From: Gemmatimonadota bacterium
Lineage (GTDB): Bacteria; Gemmatimonadota; Gemmatimonadetes; Gemmatimonadales; GWC2-71-9
Length of the DNA stretch: 44,858 bases
Reading direction: 5' to 3'
Assembly (NCBI GenBank): GCA_017889745.1
Contig: JAGGAG010000002.1
Coordinates: 1 to 44,858, forward strand
The notes beneath the pieces are model-generated. The model worked only from the letters and a program-made list of their open reading frames with translations. It was not told the DNA's origin and made no database searches. The position numbers and the translations under genes were made by a program. Shown one piece after another: positions 31,551 to 40,597 of the stretch (positions within the stretch are counted from its first letter, which is position 1; every line of letters starts with the position of its first letter).

Positions 31551-34052
31551 TTGGTCCCGGTGGAAACGCGCCTTCCAATAGAACTCGTCCTCGACGACCT
31601 GCGGGCCGCACTCGCGGCGGGTGCCAGTGTGGTGCTGCAGGCCCCGCCCGGGGCCGGCAAGACCACCCGTGTGCCGCTCGCCCTGCTGGAGGCGGCATGG
31701 CTTGGTGGTCGCAACATTGTCATGCTGGAGCCGCGGCGGGTCGCGGCCCGGGCGGCGGCGCGGTACATGGCGCGGTCGCTTGGCGAGGAGGCAGGCGGCA
31801 GCGTCGGGTACCGTACCCGGCTGGACACGCGGGTGGGCCCGCGCACCCGGATCGAGGTGGTCACCGAGGGCATCCTCACCCGCATGATCCGCGCTGACCC
31901 GGCGCTCGAAGGATACGGCCTGGTCGTCTTCGACGAATTCCACGAACGAAGCCTCCACGCCGACCTGGGCCTGGCACTCGCGCTCGAGACCCAGTCGATC
32001 CTGCGGCCCGAGCTCCGCCTCCTCGTCATGTCGGCCACGCTCGACGGGCAGCGCGTGAGCCGCCTGCTGGGTGACGCGCCGGTGGTGACCAGTGTCGGCC
32101 GGAGCTATCCGGTCGAGATGCGCTACGCCTCGGGCCCGGCCGAGGGGCGAATGGAGGGGCGCGTGGCCCGCGCCGTCGGCGACGTGCTGGCGCGTGATGC
32201 CGGCGACGTGCTGGTGTTTCTGCCTGGAGCGGGGGAGATCCGGCGGGTTGAGGAAATGCTCACCGGTGGCGAGGCTGTCATCGTGCCGCTGCATGGCAAC
32301 CTCACGCCGGAGCAGCAGGACCGGGCGCTCAGGCCGGACGAGAGGGGACGCCGCAAGGTCATCCTGGCCACGTCCATCGCCGAGACGAGCCTCACGATCG
32401 ATGGCGTGCGGGTGGTGGTGGACTGCGGCCTGTCGCGCGTGCCGCGCTTCTCGGCGCGCACCGGGATGACCCGGCTGGAAACGGTGCGCGTGTCGCGAGC
32501 CAGCGCCGACCAGCGAGCGGGCCGCGCTGGTCGGCAGGCACCGGGCGTTTGCCAGCGCCTCTGGAGCGAGCCGGAGCAGGCCGGGCTGGTGCCGTTCCAC
32601 GACCCCGAGATCATGGACGCCGACCTGGCACCACTGGCGCTCACCCTGGCCGTGGCCGGGATGGAGGCGTCGGCGCTGCGATGGCTCGACCCGCCGCCCG
32701 CGGCGCACCTCTCTCAGGCAAGGCAGCTGCTGCAGGATCTTGATGCGGTAGATGGCGAGGGGCGCATCACGCCGCACGGAAGGGAGCTCGCGGCGCTGGG
32801 CCTGCATCCGCGGCTCGGTCATATGATCATCGCGTCACGCGCGCTCAAGGCCACGCCGCTCGCCACCGACATCGCGGCGCTGGTGGAGGAGCGGGACATC
32901 CTGCGCGCCGAGGGCGGTCCGGCCGATCCCGACATGCGCATCCGGCTCGACCTGCTGGCGCAACGGAACACGCCCCCGTTCGCCCACGGCGCGCGCGTCG
33001 CCCGCGAGGCGGTGGAGCGCATCCGCACTCATGCACGGGTGCTGCGGCGGCAGCTCGGTGTGCACGACGCCGCCTCGAACAGCGGCGATGCGGGGTTGCT
33101 GCTGGCACTCGCCTTTCCCGATCGCATCGCGCAGCGCCGCGCCGGCACCGCGCGCTTCCTGCTGCGGAATGGACGCGGCGCGGTGCTCGCGGTGCCGCAC
33201 GCCCTGGCCGACGCCGAGTTCATCGTGGCCACGGACCTCGACGATCGCGGCGCGGAGAGCCGGATCTTCCTCGCGGCGCCGGTGACGCGCGAGGAGATCG
33301 AGGAACACCTCGCTTCGCAGATCGTGGTGCAGGTGGAGGTGGCGTGGAGTGCCGACGCGGCGCGGGTCGAGGCGCGCCGCACCCGCCGGCTCGGGGCCAT
33401 CGTGCTGGGCGAGGGCACGGTGCGTGATCCCGACCCGGCGGCGGTGGCCCACGCATTCAAGACCGGGCTCGGGCGCGCGGGACTCGCGGCGATTCCCTGG
33501 AGCGAGGGATTCCGGCGGCTGCGCGAGCGGCTCGCGTTCCTTCATCAGAATGACGGCGCGTCGTGGCCCGACGTGTCGGATGCGGTACTGCTCGACCGCC
33601 TCGAGGGCTGGCTTGCGCCCCATGCATCGCGGCTGCGCGGCCTCGCGGACCTCGGCAAGATCGACTTCACCGCGCTGCAGCTGGCCGATCTCTCCTGGCA
33701 GCAGCGGCAGGCACTCGACGTGGACGCGCCGACGCACCTCGAGGTGCCGAGCGGGTCGCGACTTCCCATCGACTACGGCGATCCGGAATCACCGGTGCTG
33801 GCGGTGCGTCTGCAGGAGATGTTCGGTCTGGCGGAAACACCGAGGATCGCGCGCGGACGCGTGCCCCTCACGCTGCACCTGCTCTCGCCGGCGCACCGGC
33901 CGGTGCAGGTAACCCGCGACCTCGCGGGATTCTGGCGTTCGAGCTATCACGACGTGCGCAAGGACCTGCGCGGACGCTACCCGAAACATGTGTGGCCCGA
34001 GGATCCGCTCACCGAAGCACCGACGCGAAGGGCCAAGCCCGGGAAGCGGTAG
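31551..34052 (+). CDS. hrpB: ATP-dependent RNA helicase HrpB (DEAH box)
   Basis: 833 aa. APPGAGKTT Walker A, DEFHER motif II, ATSIAETSLTI, HrpB-type C-terminal domain. TTG start at 31551 with GGGGAGG at 31534-31540. Confidence 0.92.
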   Translation: MVPVETRLPIELVLDDLRAALAAGASVVLQAPPGAGKTTRVPLALLEAAWLGGRNIVMLEPRRVAARAAARYMARSLGEEAGGSVGYRTRLDTRVGPRTRIEVVTEGILTRMIRADPALEGYGLVVFDEFHERSLHADLGLALALETQSILRPELRLLVMSATLDGQRVSRLLGDAPVVTSVGRSYPVEMRYASGPAEGRMEGRVARAVGDVLARDAGDVLVFLPGAGEIRRVEEMLTGGEAVIVPLHGNLTPEQQDRALRPDERGRRKVILATSIAETSLTIDGVRVVVDCGLSRVPRFSARTGMTRLETVRVSRASADQRAGRAGRQAPGVCQRLWSEPEQAGLVPFHDPEIMDADLAPLALTLAVAGMEASALRWLDPPPAAHLSQARQLLQDLDAVDGEGRITPHGRELAALGLHPRLGHMIIASRALKATPLATDIAALVEERDILRAEGGPADPDMRIRLDLLAQRNTPPFAHGARVAREAVERIRTHARVLRRQLGVHDAASNSGDAGLLLALAFPDRIAQRRAGTARFLLRNGRGAVLAVPHALADAEFIVATDLDDRGAESRIFLAAPVTREEIEEHLASQIVVQVEVAWSADAARVEARRTRRLGAIVLGEGTVRDPDPAAVAHAFKTGLGRAGLAAIPWSEGFRRLRERLAFLHQNDGASWPDVSDAVLLDRLEGWLAPHASRLRGLADLGKIDFTALQLADLSWQQRQALDVDAPTHLEVPSGSRLPIDYGDPESPVLAVRLQEMFGLAETPRIARGRVPLTLHLLSPAHRPVQVTRDLAGFWRSSYHDVRKDLRGRYPKHVWPEDPLTEAPTRRAKPGKR

Positions 34053-34139
34053 TGTCCCCTGCATCGTCCCTGCGGGTGGGCACGTTAGGCGTGCCAAAGC
34101 CTCTGCAGTATCCGGATACACACATCACAATTCTGCCCG

Positions 34140-34181
34140 CCACATCGAGTTGCGCGCTTCGCGGCGCGAATGTGGTTTTCG
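34140..34181 (+). terminator. candidate intrinsic terminator downstream of hrpB
   Basis: CCACAT...ATGTGG outer stem enclosing a 5-bp GC stem (CGCGC/GCGCG), followed by TTTTC at 34176-34180. Confidence 0.35.
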
Positions 34182-34259
34182 GCAAGGTTCCTGCTATTGC
34201 CGCGCTCAAACCATCCAAGATTGGAGCGCGGGGCGCGCGAGTGCCTCGTAACACAGGGC

Positions 34260-34619
34260 ATGAGAGCGAACCGTACTCTTCCGATAGGCAGCACCACGTG
34301 GCGGGTGCTCGCCGCGTTCGATTTCGACAATCAGGACTTGAACGGCCGGGCCGCCCTGGTCGAGGGCGCGACGCTGCTGCTGCTGCGCCCCGACACGCTG
34401 CTCGAGGCGATCCCGCTGGCGGAACTGCAACTCGTCGGAGACGCCGACCCGATCGCGAATTCCGATCCCGCGGTGTTCCGGGCCCAGCTCACGCTGCGCG
34501 ACGGCCGCACCCTCGCGCTCACGGGAGAACTGGCCGATCTGGACCTGCTGGTGCGCTGGGTGGGCTACCTGCAGGAGCGGCAGCGGAAGGGCCGCGCGAC
34601 GGGAACCAGGAAATACTGA
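34260..34619 (+). CDS. hypothetical protein (119 aa)
   Basis: ORF 34170..34619 trimmed to the ATG at 34260, because the earlier ATG lies inside the hairpin. High GC3 coding pattern. No family recognised. Confidence 0.5.
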   Translation: MRANRTLPIGSTTWRVLAAFDFDNQDLNGRAALVEGATLLLLRPDTLLEAIPLAELQLVGDADPIANSDPAVFRAQLTLRDGRTLALTGELADLDLLVRWVGYLQERQRKGRATGTRKY

Positions 34620-34648
34620 CGGGGAAGCGGTAAGCGGTGAGCGAGGAA

Positions 34649-37219
34649 TCAGGTTCCGCGCGCACGCCGCTGAAGTTCGGCCAGCCGGTTGAGCGCTTCC
34701 AGCGGCGTGAGCACGTCGAGGTTGAGGTCCCGCAGAGCCTCCAGCGCCGGGTGCGGCGCTGACTCGGCGAAGAGCGCGAGCTGACCTGGATCGGGCGCCG
34801 CCTCCGGCGCGCCCGGCACCACTCGATGCTCGCGCTCGAGCCGCACCAGCACTTCGCGCGCGCGCCGTACCACGGCATCGGGCAGTCCCGCCAGCTGGGC
34901 CACGTGCACACCATAGGACCGATCGGTACCGCCGGGCTCAAGCCGATGAAGGAACACGACGCGGTCGCCGGTTTCGCGCACGGCGACGTTCATGTTCCGG
35001 GCGTGTGCCAGGCGCTCGGGCAGCTGCATGAGCTCGTGATAGTGCGTGGCGAACATCGTCTTGCACCCCACGAGGTCGTGCAGGTGTTCGGTGACCGCCC
35101 AGGCGATCGCGACGCCGTCGTAGGTGGACGTGCCGCGGCCGATCTCGTCCAGCAGCACCAGGCTCCGTGGGGTGGCGCTGTGGAGAATGGCGCTGGTCTC
35201 GCTCATCTCCACCATGAAGGTCGACTGGCCCCGCGCGAGGTTGTCGCTTGCGCCCACCCGCGTGAAGAGGCGGTCCACCACGCCCACGTGCGCCGATGCC
35301 GCCGGCACGAAGCCGCCCAGCTGCGCCAGCACCACCACCAGTCCGATCTGCCGCAGGATGGTGCTCTTGCCTGCCATGTTGGGCCCCGTCACCAGCAGCA
35401 CCCGCTCGCTTTCGCTGAAGGTCACGTCGTTGGGCATGAACTGCTCGCGCGGCATGAGCCGCTCGATCACCGGGTGCCGTGAGGCGCGGAGTACCAGGCC
35501 GTAGCCATCGTCGAGCGTGGGCCGCACGTACTGGTTGGCCTCCGCCACCTGCGCCAGCCCGGCCCACACGTCGAGCCGCGCCAGCACCCGCGATGTGCGC
35601 TGCACCCGGGTAATCGCGGCGCCGACGAGGCTGCGCAGCTGGACGAACAGCTCGGCTTCCCGCGTCGCCATCCGCTCTTCCGCTCCCAGCACCTTCGCCT
35701 CGTATTCCTTGAGCTCGGGCGTCACATACCGCTCCGCGCCCGCGAGGGTCTGCCGCCGGTCGTAGTCGGCGGGAACCCGGTCGCGGTGCGCGTTGGTGAC
35801 CTCGAGGTAGTAGCCGAACACCCGGTTGAAGCCCACCTTGAGCGACGTGATGCCGGTGCGCTCGCGCTCGCGCTGCTGCAGTGACGCGATGTACTGCCGG
35901 CCGCCGTCGCGCAGCTCGCGCAGCTCGTCGAGCTCCGCGTCGCAGCCCGCCTGGATCACGCCCCCCTCGGCGAGCGTGGCCGGCGGACGCTCCGTCAGCG
36001 CGCGTGCCAGCGCGTCGGCCACGTCGCGCAGCAGGTCGAGCTCATCAAGCGCGGTGGTGAGCGCGGTGCTCCCGCGCTCCGCTCCCCCGGCCAGCGCGGT
36101 GAGCGCCTCGAGCACATCGGGCAGCCGGAGGAAGGAATCCCGGAGGGCGCCGAGTTCGCGCGGCGCCGCACGACCGGCGGCGGCGCGGCCGGCCAGCCGC
36201 TCGAGGTCACGCACGCCGTCGAGGGCCTCGCGGATGCGGGTGCGGCCGCGGCCGTCGCGCAGGCAGGCGTCGACGGCGTCGAGCCGGGCCTCGATCGCCG
36301 CCACGTCGCGGAGCGGCGAGAGCACCCACTGGCGGAGCAGCCGTCCACCCATCGGCGTGAGCGTGCGGTCGATCGTTTCCAGCAGCGTGGCGTTCCGGGT
36401 ACCGGCCACGAGGGGCTCGACCAGCTCCAGGTTGCGCCGGGTCATCTCGTCGAGCCAGAGGTGCGCATTGCTGTGGCGCACGGCGGGGCGCGCCAGGTGC
36501 GGCACGCCGCCGGGCTGGAGTTCGGTGAGGTAGCGGAGCAGCGCGCCCGCCGCGCCCAGGGGCGCCGCGTCCGCAGCGCCGATGCCGAGGCCGTCGAGCG
36601 ACGCGAGCGAGAAGCGCCGGGCAAGTTCCTCCCGCGCGAGCGCGGCGTCGAACTCCCACCGCTCCCGCGCCGTGCGGAGCGCGCGGTCGGTGGCCGTCCA
36701 CGATGCATCCGATGGAACGACCACTTCCGATGGGCCGTAGCGCTCCAGCGCGTCGGCCAGGCCGTCGGCGGGCACCCGCTCCAGCACGAACTCACCGGTG
36801 GAGAGATCGATCGCCGCGAGGCCGCCCTCGCACACCGCGACCATCCAGTTGTTGCGCGCGCCGGGAAGCCATCCCTCCTGCAGCATTGCGCCCGGCGTCA
36901 CCGTCTCCACCACCTCGCGGCGCACGATGCCCTTGGCGAGCTTCGGGTCCTCCACCTGCTCGCAGATCGCGACGCGATGCCCGGCGCCGATCAGCTGGCG
37001 AAGGTACTCGGCGGCGGCCTTCACCGGCACGCCGGCGAGCGGCACGCCGTCACCGCGCGCCGTGAGCGTGATGCCAAGCACCCGCGCGCCCAGCTCGGCG
37101 TCGTCGAAGAACATCTCGTAGAAGTCGCCCATCCTGAAGAACAGAATCGCATCGCGGTGCCGCGCCTTGATCTCGCGGTACTGCAGCATGAGCGGAGTGT
37201 CGTCGGTCGACTTGCTCAT
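34649..37219 (-). CDS. mutS: DNA mismatch repair protein MutS
   Basis: 856 aa. N-terminal mismatch-binding domain (TPLMLQYREIKARHRDAILFFRMGDFYEMF). Walker A GPNMAGKSTILRQ. DEIGRGTSTYDG. Confidence 0.97.
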   Translation of the reverse strand: MSKSTDDTPLMLQYREIKARHRDAILFFRMGDFYEMFFDDAELGARVLGITLTARGDGVPLAGVPVKAAAEYLRQLIGAGHRVAICEQVEDPKLAKGIVRREVVETVTPGAMLQEGWLPGARNNWMVAVCEGGLAAIDLSTGEFVLERVPADGLADALERYGPSEVVVPSDASWTATDRALRTARERWEFDAALAREELARRFSLASLDGLGIGAADAAPLGAAGALLRYLTELQPGGVPHLARPAVRHSNAHLWLDEMTRRNLELVEPLVAGTRNATLLETIDRTLTPMGGRLLRQWVLSPLRDVAAIEARLDAVDACLRDGRGRTRIREALDGVRDLERLAGRAAAGRAAPRELGALRDSFLRLPDVLEALTALAGGAERGSTALTTALDELDLLRDVADALARALTERPPATLAEGGVIQAGCDAELDELRELRDGGRQYIASLQQRERERTGITSLKVGFNRVFGYYLEVTNAHRDRVPADYDRRQTLAGAERYVTPELKEYEAKVLGAEERMATREAELFVQLRSLVGAAITRVQRTSRVLARLDVWAGLAQVAEANQYVRPTLDDGYGLVLRASRHPVIERLMPREQFMPNDVTFSESERVLLVTGPNMAGKSTILRQIGLVVVLAQLGGFVPAASAHVGVVDRLFTRVGASDNLARGQSTFMVEMSETSAILHSATPRSLVLLDEIGRGTSTYDGVAIAWAVTEHLHDLVGCKTMFATHYHELMQLPERLAHARNMNVAVRETGDRVVFLHRLEPGGTDRSYGVHVAQLAGLPDAVVRRAREVLVRLEREHRVVPGAPEAAPDPGQLALFAESAPHPALEALRDLNLDVLTPLEALNRLAELQRRARGT

Positions 37220-38202
37220 GGAGCCACCACGAAGGGAGCGCCGCCCAGCTTCGCCTTCACCCTGGCCGCGGCAGCCGTCGCCTCGGTACGCGTGGCATAC
37301 TCACCGAGCCGCACCTTGTAGAAGCCACCTTCCTTCACGATGAGGCCCTTGAAGCCGGCCTTCTTCGCCCGGTCGAGCATCTCGTCGGCGGCTTCCTGCG
37401 AGTTGGCGGCGACGATCTGCACGCGGTACGCGGCGGGCACCGGGGGCCCGGCCGCTGGGGGTGCTGGTGGCGTGGCGACAGGCGCCGGCACCACCGGGGG
37501 AGGCACGACCGCGGCCGGAGCGGGCCGGAGCGCCGTGTCGGTCGGGGGCGCCGCCGGCGTGGCGGCCGCCTGCGGACGCACCGCGGTGTCGGGGGCGGGA
37601 GGTCGCGCTGGAGCCGCACTCGCGGTTGAGGTTGCGGCGGGCGACGGAGCTGCTGAGGGTGTGCCAACGCACTTGCGGTTCAGCGCCGCGAGCTCGGCGC
37701 GGGTCGACGCGTCGTCTCCCGCCCGCGCCAGGCCCTCGCTCACCCACTGGCACGCGGCGCGGGGATCGTTCACGTCGAAGCCGGCGCGCGCGCCCCAGAG
37801 CGCGGCAACGGCATAGAGCGTGGAGGTGCCGTGGTCAGTGCGGAACTTCTCCAGCGTGCGCCCGGCCGCCGCGGGATCGCCGTTGGCGTAGTCGAGCTGC
37901 GCCAGCGCGATCATCGCCGGCTCGGCCCAGGGTGAGAATGGGTACTCCACGATCACGCGCTGGAGCTTCTGCCGCACCTCCTCGGCCGTGGGCGCCACGA
38001 GCGCCGAGCTGTAGAGGATGCCCGGAAAGAGGCTGTCGGTCGGGACGGTGGACTGCTCCATCCGCTGGAGCGTGGCGCGCGCCGAGTCGATGCGGCCGTC
38101 CTGGGCCAGGCGGAGCGCGGCGGTGAGCGGGGATACCTGCTGCGCGGCGGCGCGGCACGGCGGCACGGCGGCAAGCAGCAGCAAGGCCATCAGGCGCTTC
38201 AT
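37216..38202 (-). CDS. SPOR domain-containing periplasmic protein with helical-repeat N-domain and Pro/Ala linker
   Basis: ORF trimmed to MKRLMALLLLAAVPPCRAAAQ (cat at 38200-38202). C-terminal SPOR fold (YRVQIVAANSQEAADEMLDRAKKAGFKGLIVKEGGFYKVRLGEY). ATGA overlaps at both ends. Confidence 0.8.
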   Translation of the reverse strand: MKRLMALLLLAAVPPCRAAAQQVSPLTAALRLAQDGRIDSARATLQRMEQSTVPTDSLFPGILYSSALVAPTAEEVRQKLQRVIVEYPFSPWAEPAMIALAQLDYANGDPAAAGRTLEKFRTDHGTSTLYAVAALWGARAGFDVNDPRAACQWVSEGLARAGDDASTRAELAALNRKCVGTPSAAPSPAATSTASAAPARPPAPDTAVRPQAAATPAAPPTDTALRPAPAAVVPPPVVPAPVATPPAPPAAGPPVPAAYRVQIVAANSQEAADEMLDRAKKAGFKGLIVKEGGFYKVRLGEYATRTEATAAAARVKAKLGGAPFVVAP

Positions 38203-39257
38203 GCGACCCGCTCCGCCCGCGAGATCCCGAGCCGCATGACCAGTTCGCCAAGCAGTGCCTGTTCGTCGGTCAGCGTGGTGCTCTTGAGCGCCTGGTCGGT
38301 AGCCAGCGTGGCGCGGATGGCCGCACTGAGGCGCGCCGCCGGCCAGCGCTCCGACCATCGCGCCCAGCGCGCCGCTTCGGCCTTCCACTCCGGGAGCCCG
38401 AACGGCCGCGAGGCGAGCAACGACCGGAAGATCGCCGCCTCGAGCGCGCCGGCCCGCGTTCCCTTGTCGCGATGCGCCCGCGCCAGGGCCACGCCTGAGA
38501 GCGTGGTGCCGAGCAGACTCACCAGCTTTACGCCGGAGATCCCCGACTGGTCGAGCACCGGGCGCAGCAGCGTGAGCGCCCGTCCCGTCGCATCATCGAG
38601 CACGGCGTCACGCCAGTCGTACATCGTCTCGCCATGCCGCACGCCCACCAGGTCGCCTACCAGTTCGCGCGTCAGCGGCGTGCCCGGCGCCAGCGAGGCG
38701 AGCTTCGCCAGCTCGGCGTCGAGCGTGGTGAGGTCGCTTCCCACGGCATGCAGCAGGTGCCTGGCGGCGTCGGGCTCCAACGAAATGCCGAGCTGCTCTG
38801 ACCGGTGCGACAGCCAGCGCAGCACTCGCTCCGGCGGCAGCGCGGCGCAGAGCACCGTCGTTGCGAGCTTCGCGTACTCGGTCTCGGGGTCGGGCGCCGA
38901 ACCGCCCTGCACCAGCACCAGCACCGTTTCTGCGGCGGGTTTCGCCAGGTAGCGCAGCAGTTCCGCTCGTCCCCGCGCTTTCTTCTGCCATCCCTCCACG
39001 TCGCGCAGCACCACCACCCGCCGGTCGGCCATCATCGGCAGCGTGTTGAGGAGCGTGGACAGCTCTTCGGGATCGAGCGAGGTGGCGGTGCGCTGGTCGA
39101 AGTTGAAGTCACGCAGGGAGGGATCAAGCACCCGGTCCGAGATCTCGCGGACCAGGTCGGCCTTGAGAAGGTCTTCCGCGCCCACCAGGTAGTACACCGG
39201 GGCGATGTCGCCCTTCTTGAGGGCGCGGATGGTGGCGTCAAAGGTCTGTTCGGGCAC
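38199..39257 (-). CDS. holA: DNA polymerase III delta subunit
   Basis: 352 aa. N-terminus ...APVYYLVGAEDLLKADLV. Size and layout are typical of HolA. GTG start. Confidence 0.78.
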   Translation of the reverse strand: MPEQTFDATIRALKKGDIAPVYYLVGAEDLLKADLVREISDRVLDPSLRDFNFDQRTATSLDPEELSTLLNTLPMMADRRVVVLRDVEGWQKKARGRAELLRYLAKPAAETVLVLVQGGSAPDPETEYAKLATTVLCAALPPERVLRWLSHRSEQLGISLEPDAARHLLHAVGSDLTTLDAELAKLASLAPGTPLTRELVGDLVGVRHGETMYDWRDAVLDDATGRALTLLRPVLDQSGISGVKLVSLLGTTLSGVALARAHRDKGTRAGALEAAIFRSLLASRPFGLPEWKAEAARWARWSERWPAARLSAAIRATLATDQALKSTTLTDEQALLGELVMRLGISRAERVA

Positions 39258-39282
39258 GCCCCATCCTATTTCCGGAGGGGGG

Positions 39283-39311
39283 TAAACAGAAGGGGCGGAA
39301 ATACCGCCCCC
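39283..39311 (-). terminator. intrinsic terminator after the ECF sigma gene
   Basis: The minus strand reads GGGGCGG tattt CCGCCCC followed by TTCTGTTTA. Stem arms are at plus 39292-39298 and 39304-39310. Confidence 0.6.
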
Positions 39312-39315
39312 GGCC

Positions 39316-39963
39316 TCAGTCCAGGTAAGGCGCGATCATCTCCGCAAATCCGGCCCGGGCGCGGTTGAGGCGGCTCTTGACCGTCCCGAGGTTGCACTGC
39401 GTAACAGCCGCGATCTCCTCATAGCTCTTCCCCTGCAACTCGCGCAGCACGAATACCTCGCGATGGTGCGGTGACAGGCGTTCGACCGTCGCTTCCACCA
39501 GCTCCTTGAGATGGCGGTTGGCGAACATGTCGTCAGGCCGGCTGCCCGCGTCCTCGAACTGCAGCGGACGCTGGTCCTCGTCGTCCCGCACGCGTGCCGA
39601 CTGGTAGTACACGAGGGGGCTGCGACTGCGGTTGCGCAATTCGTTCTTGGCCAGGTTGGACGCGATGGTGTACGCCCAGGTCGAGAACTTCTTGCTCGAG
39701 TCGAACCGGTGCAGATGACGATGGATCCGGATGAATGCTTCCTGGACGAGGTCCTCGGCGCGCTCGCGATCCCCGATCATCCGGTAGATGAAGCCGAGCA
39801 GGCGCGACCGATAGAACTTGAGGATCTCACCGAACGCGCGCTCGTCGCCCGCAAGGTGCCGGGCGATGAGCGCGTTGGTGTCGAGGTTCTGCCGTTCCTG
39901 CGCGGGCGATCCGGTCCAGCGTGCCGGTCGCGCGGCGGGTACTGGAGCTGTAGCTGCCGTCAT
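39316..39963 (-). CDS. ECF-type RNA polymerase sigma factor
   Basis: Region 2 (EDLVQEAFIRIHRHLHRFD...FSTWAYTIASN) and region 4 (SYEEIAAVTQCNLGTVKSRLNRAR). About 35-aa N-terminal extension. No anti-sigma gene adjacent. Confidence 0.9.
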   Translation of the reverse strand: MTAATAPVPAARPARWTGSPAQERQNLDTNALIARHLAGDERAFGEILKFYRSRLLGFIYRMIGDRERAEDLVQEAFIRIHRHLHRFDSSKKFSTWAYTIASNLAKNELRNRSRSPLVYYQSARVRDDEDQRPLQFEDAGSRPDDMFANRHLKELVEATVERLSPHHREVFVLRELQGKSYEEIAAVTQCNLGTVKSRLNRARAGFAEMIAPYLD

Positions 39964-39995
39964 TCAAGCCTCTGGTGTCTAGTCTTGGCGAGCAA

Positions 39996-40024
39996 AACAT
40001 AAGACGCCGAGGCCTAATGTTCAA
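39996..40024 (-). promoter_or_regulatory. candidate promoter of the ECF sigma gene, with an A/T-rich upstream tract
   Basis: The minus strand reads AATGTTTTTTATTAAAAGC TTGAAC (plus 40019-40024), a 17-nt spacer, then TATGTT (plus 39996-40001). AGAGG lies 5 nt before the ATG. The same bases also fit an ECF-like GAAC...GTCT pattern, so the sigma specificity is ambiguous. Confidence 0.45.
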
Positions 40025-40563
40025 GCTTTTAATAAAAAACATTGAACAAACATCAAGGCGACAAGGGTCTTGGCATCCCGGACCTGCCCTTGCCTGATCC
40101 GCCGCCCGACCTCCGACCAGTGGACTTCATGGACCTCCATGAACTCGTCCGGCTCACGGGCGGTGGGAACGGAGCTAAGATTGTGGGCCACGAAGAGATG
40201 GATCAGTTCGTCGGTGAACCCCGGCGTGGTAAGGATGGGCACCAGGGGGATGACCCGGCCGGCGGTCATTCCTGCTTCCTCGCGCAGTTCGCGCCGGGCA
40301 CAGCTCTCGGGTGCCTCGCCGGGCTCCAGCCGTCCCGCCGGAATCTCCCACAGGTAACCGTCGGCTGCGTGACGGAACTGGCGCAGCATCAGCACCCGCG
40401 GATCGGGAGCATCGTGCGGGTCGAGGAACGGCACCACGGCCGCCGCCCCGGGGTGGCGTATCATTTCGAGGTGGCCGATACTGCCATCCGGGAACTTCAC
40501 GGTATCGACATCGAGGTCGATGATCCGCCCGGAATACTTTCGCTCGGTGGTGATCCTGGTCAT
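40021..40563 (-). CDS. NUDIX hydrolase (ADP-ribose pyrophosphatase-like)
   Basis: Nudix box GRLEPGEAPESCARRELREEAGM. 180 aa. The last 10 codons are unusually AT-rich. Confidence 0.88.
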   Translation of the reverse strand: MTRITTERKYSGRIIDLDVDTVKFPDGSIGHLEMIRHPGAAAVVPFLDPHDAPDPRVLMLRQFRHAADGYLWEIPAGRLEPGEAPESCARRELREEAGMTAGRVIPLVPILTTPGFTDELIHLFVAHNLSSVPTAREPDEFMEVHEVHWSEVGRRIRQGQVRDAKTLVALMFVQCFLLKA

Positions 40564-40597
40564 GGCTGCTCCTCGTTGGCCGCGTGAATTCTAGCCC

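Noticed and set aside
31110-32822. Upper two-thirds of the 1036-aa minus-strand ORF 29712..32822
   Set aside because: Only the part from the ATG at 31109 downward encodes a recognisable protein (cystathionine beta-synthase). The upstream extension is Arg/Pro/Gly-rich and overlaps the TonB-like gene in another frame. It is also antisense to hrpB, which has clear DEAH helicase motifs.
34621-34643. Possible fifth, degenerate heptad element (GAAGCGG TAAGCGG TGAGCGA) between the hypothetical gene stop and the mutS stop
   Set aside because: It has only three GTRAGCG-like heptads with A-to-G changes and no convincing inverted partner downstream. It is too weak to call as a copy, although GTAAGCG also occurs within copy 1.
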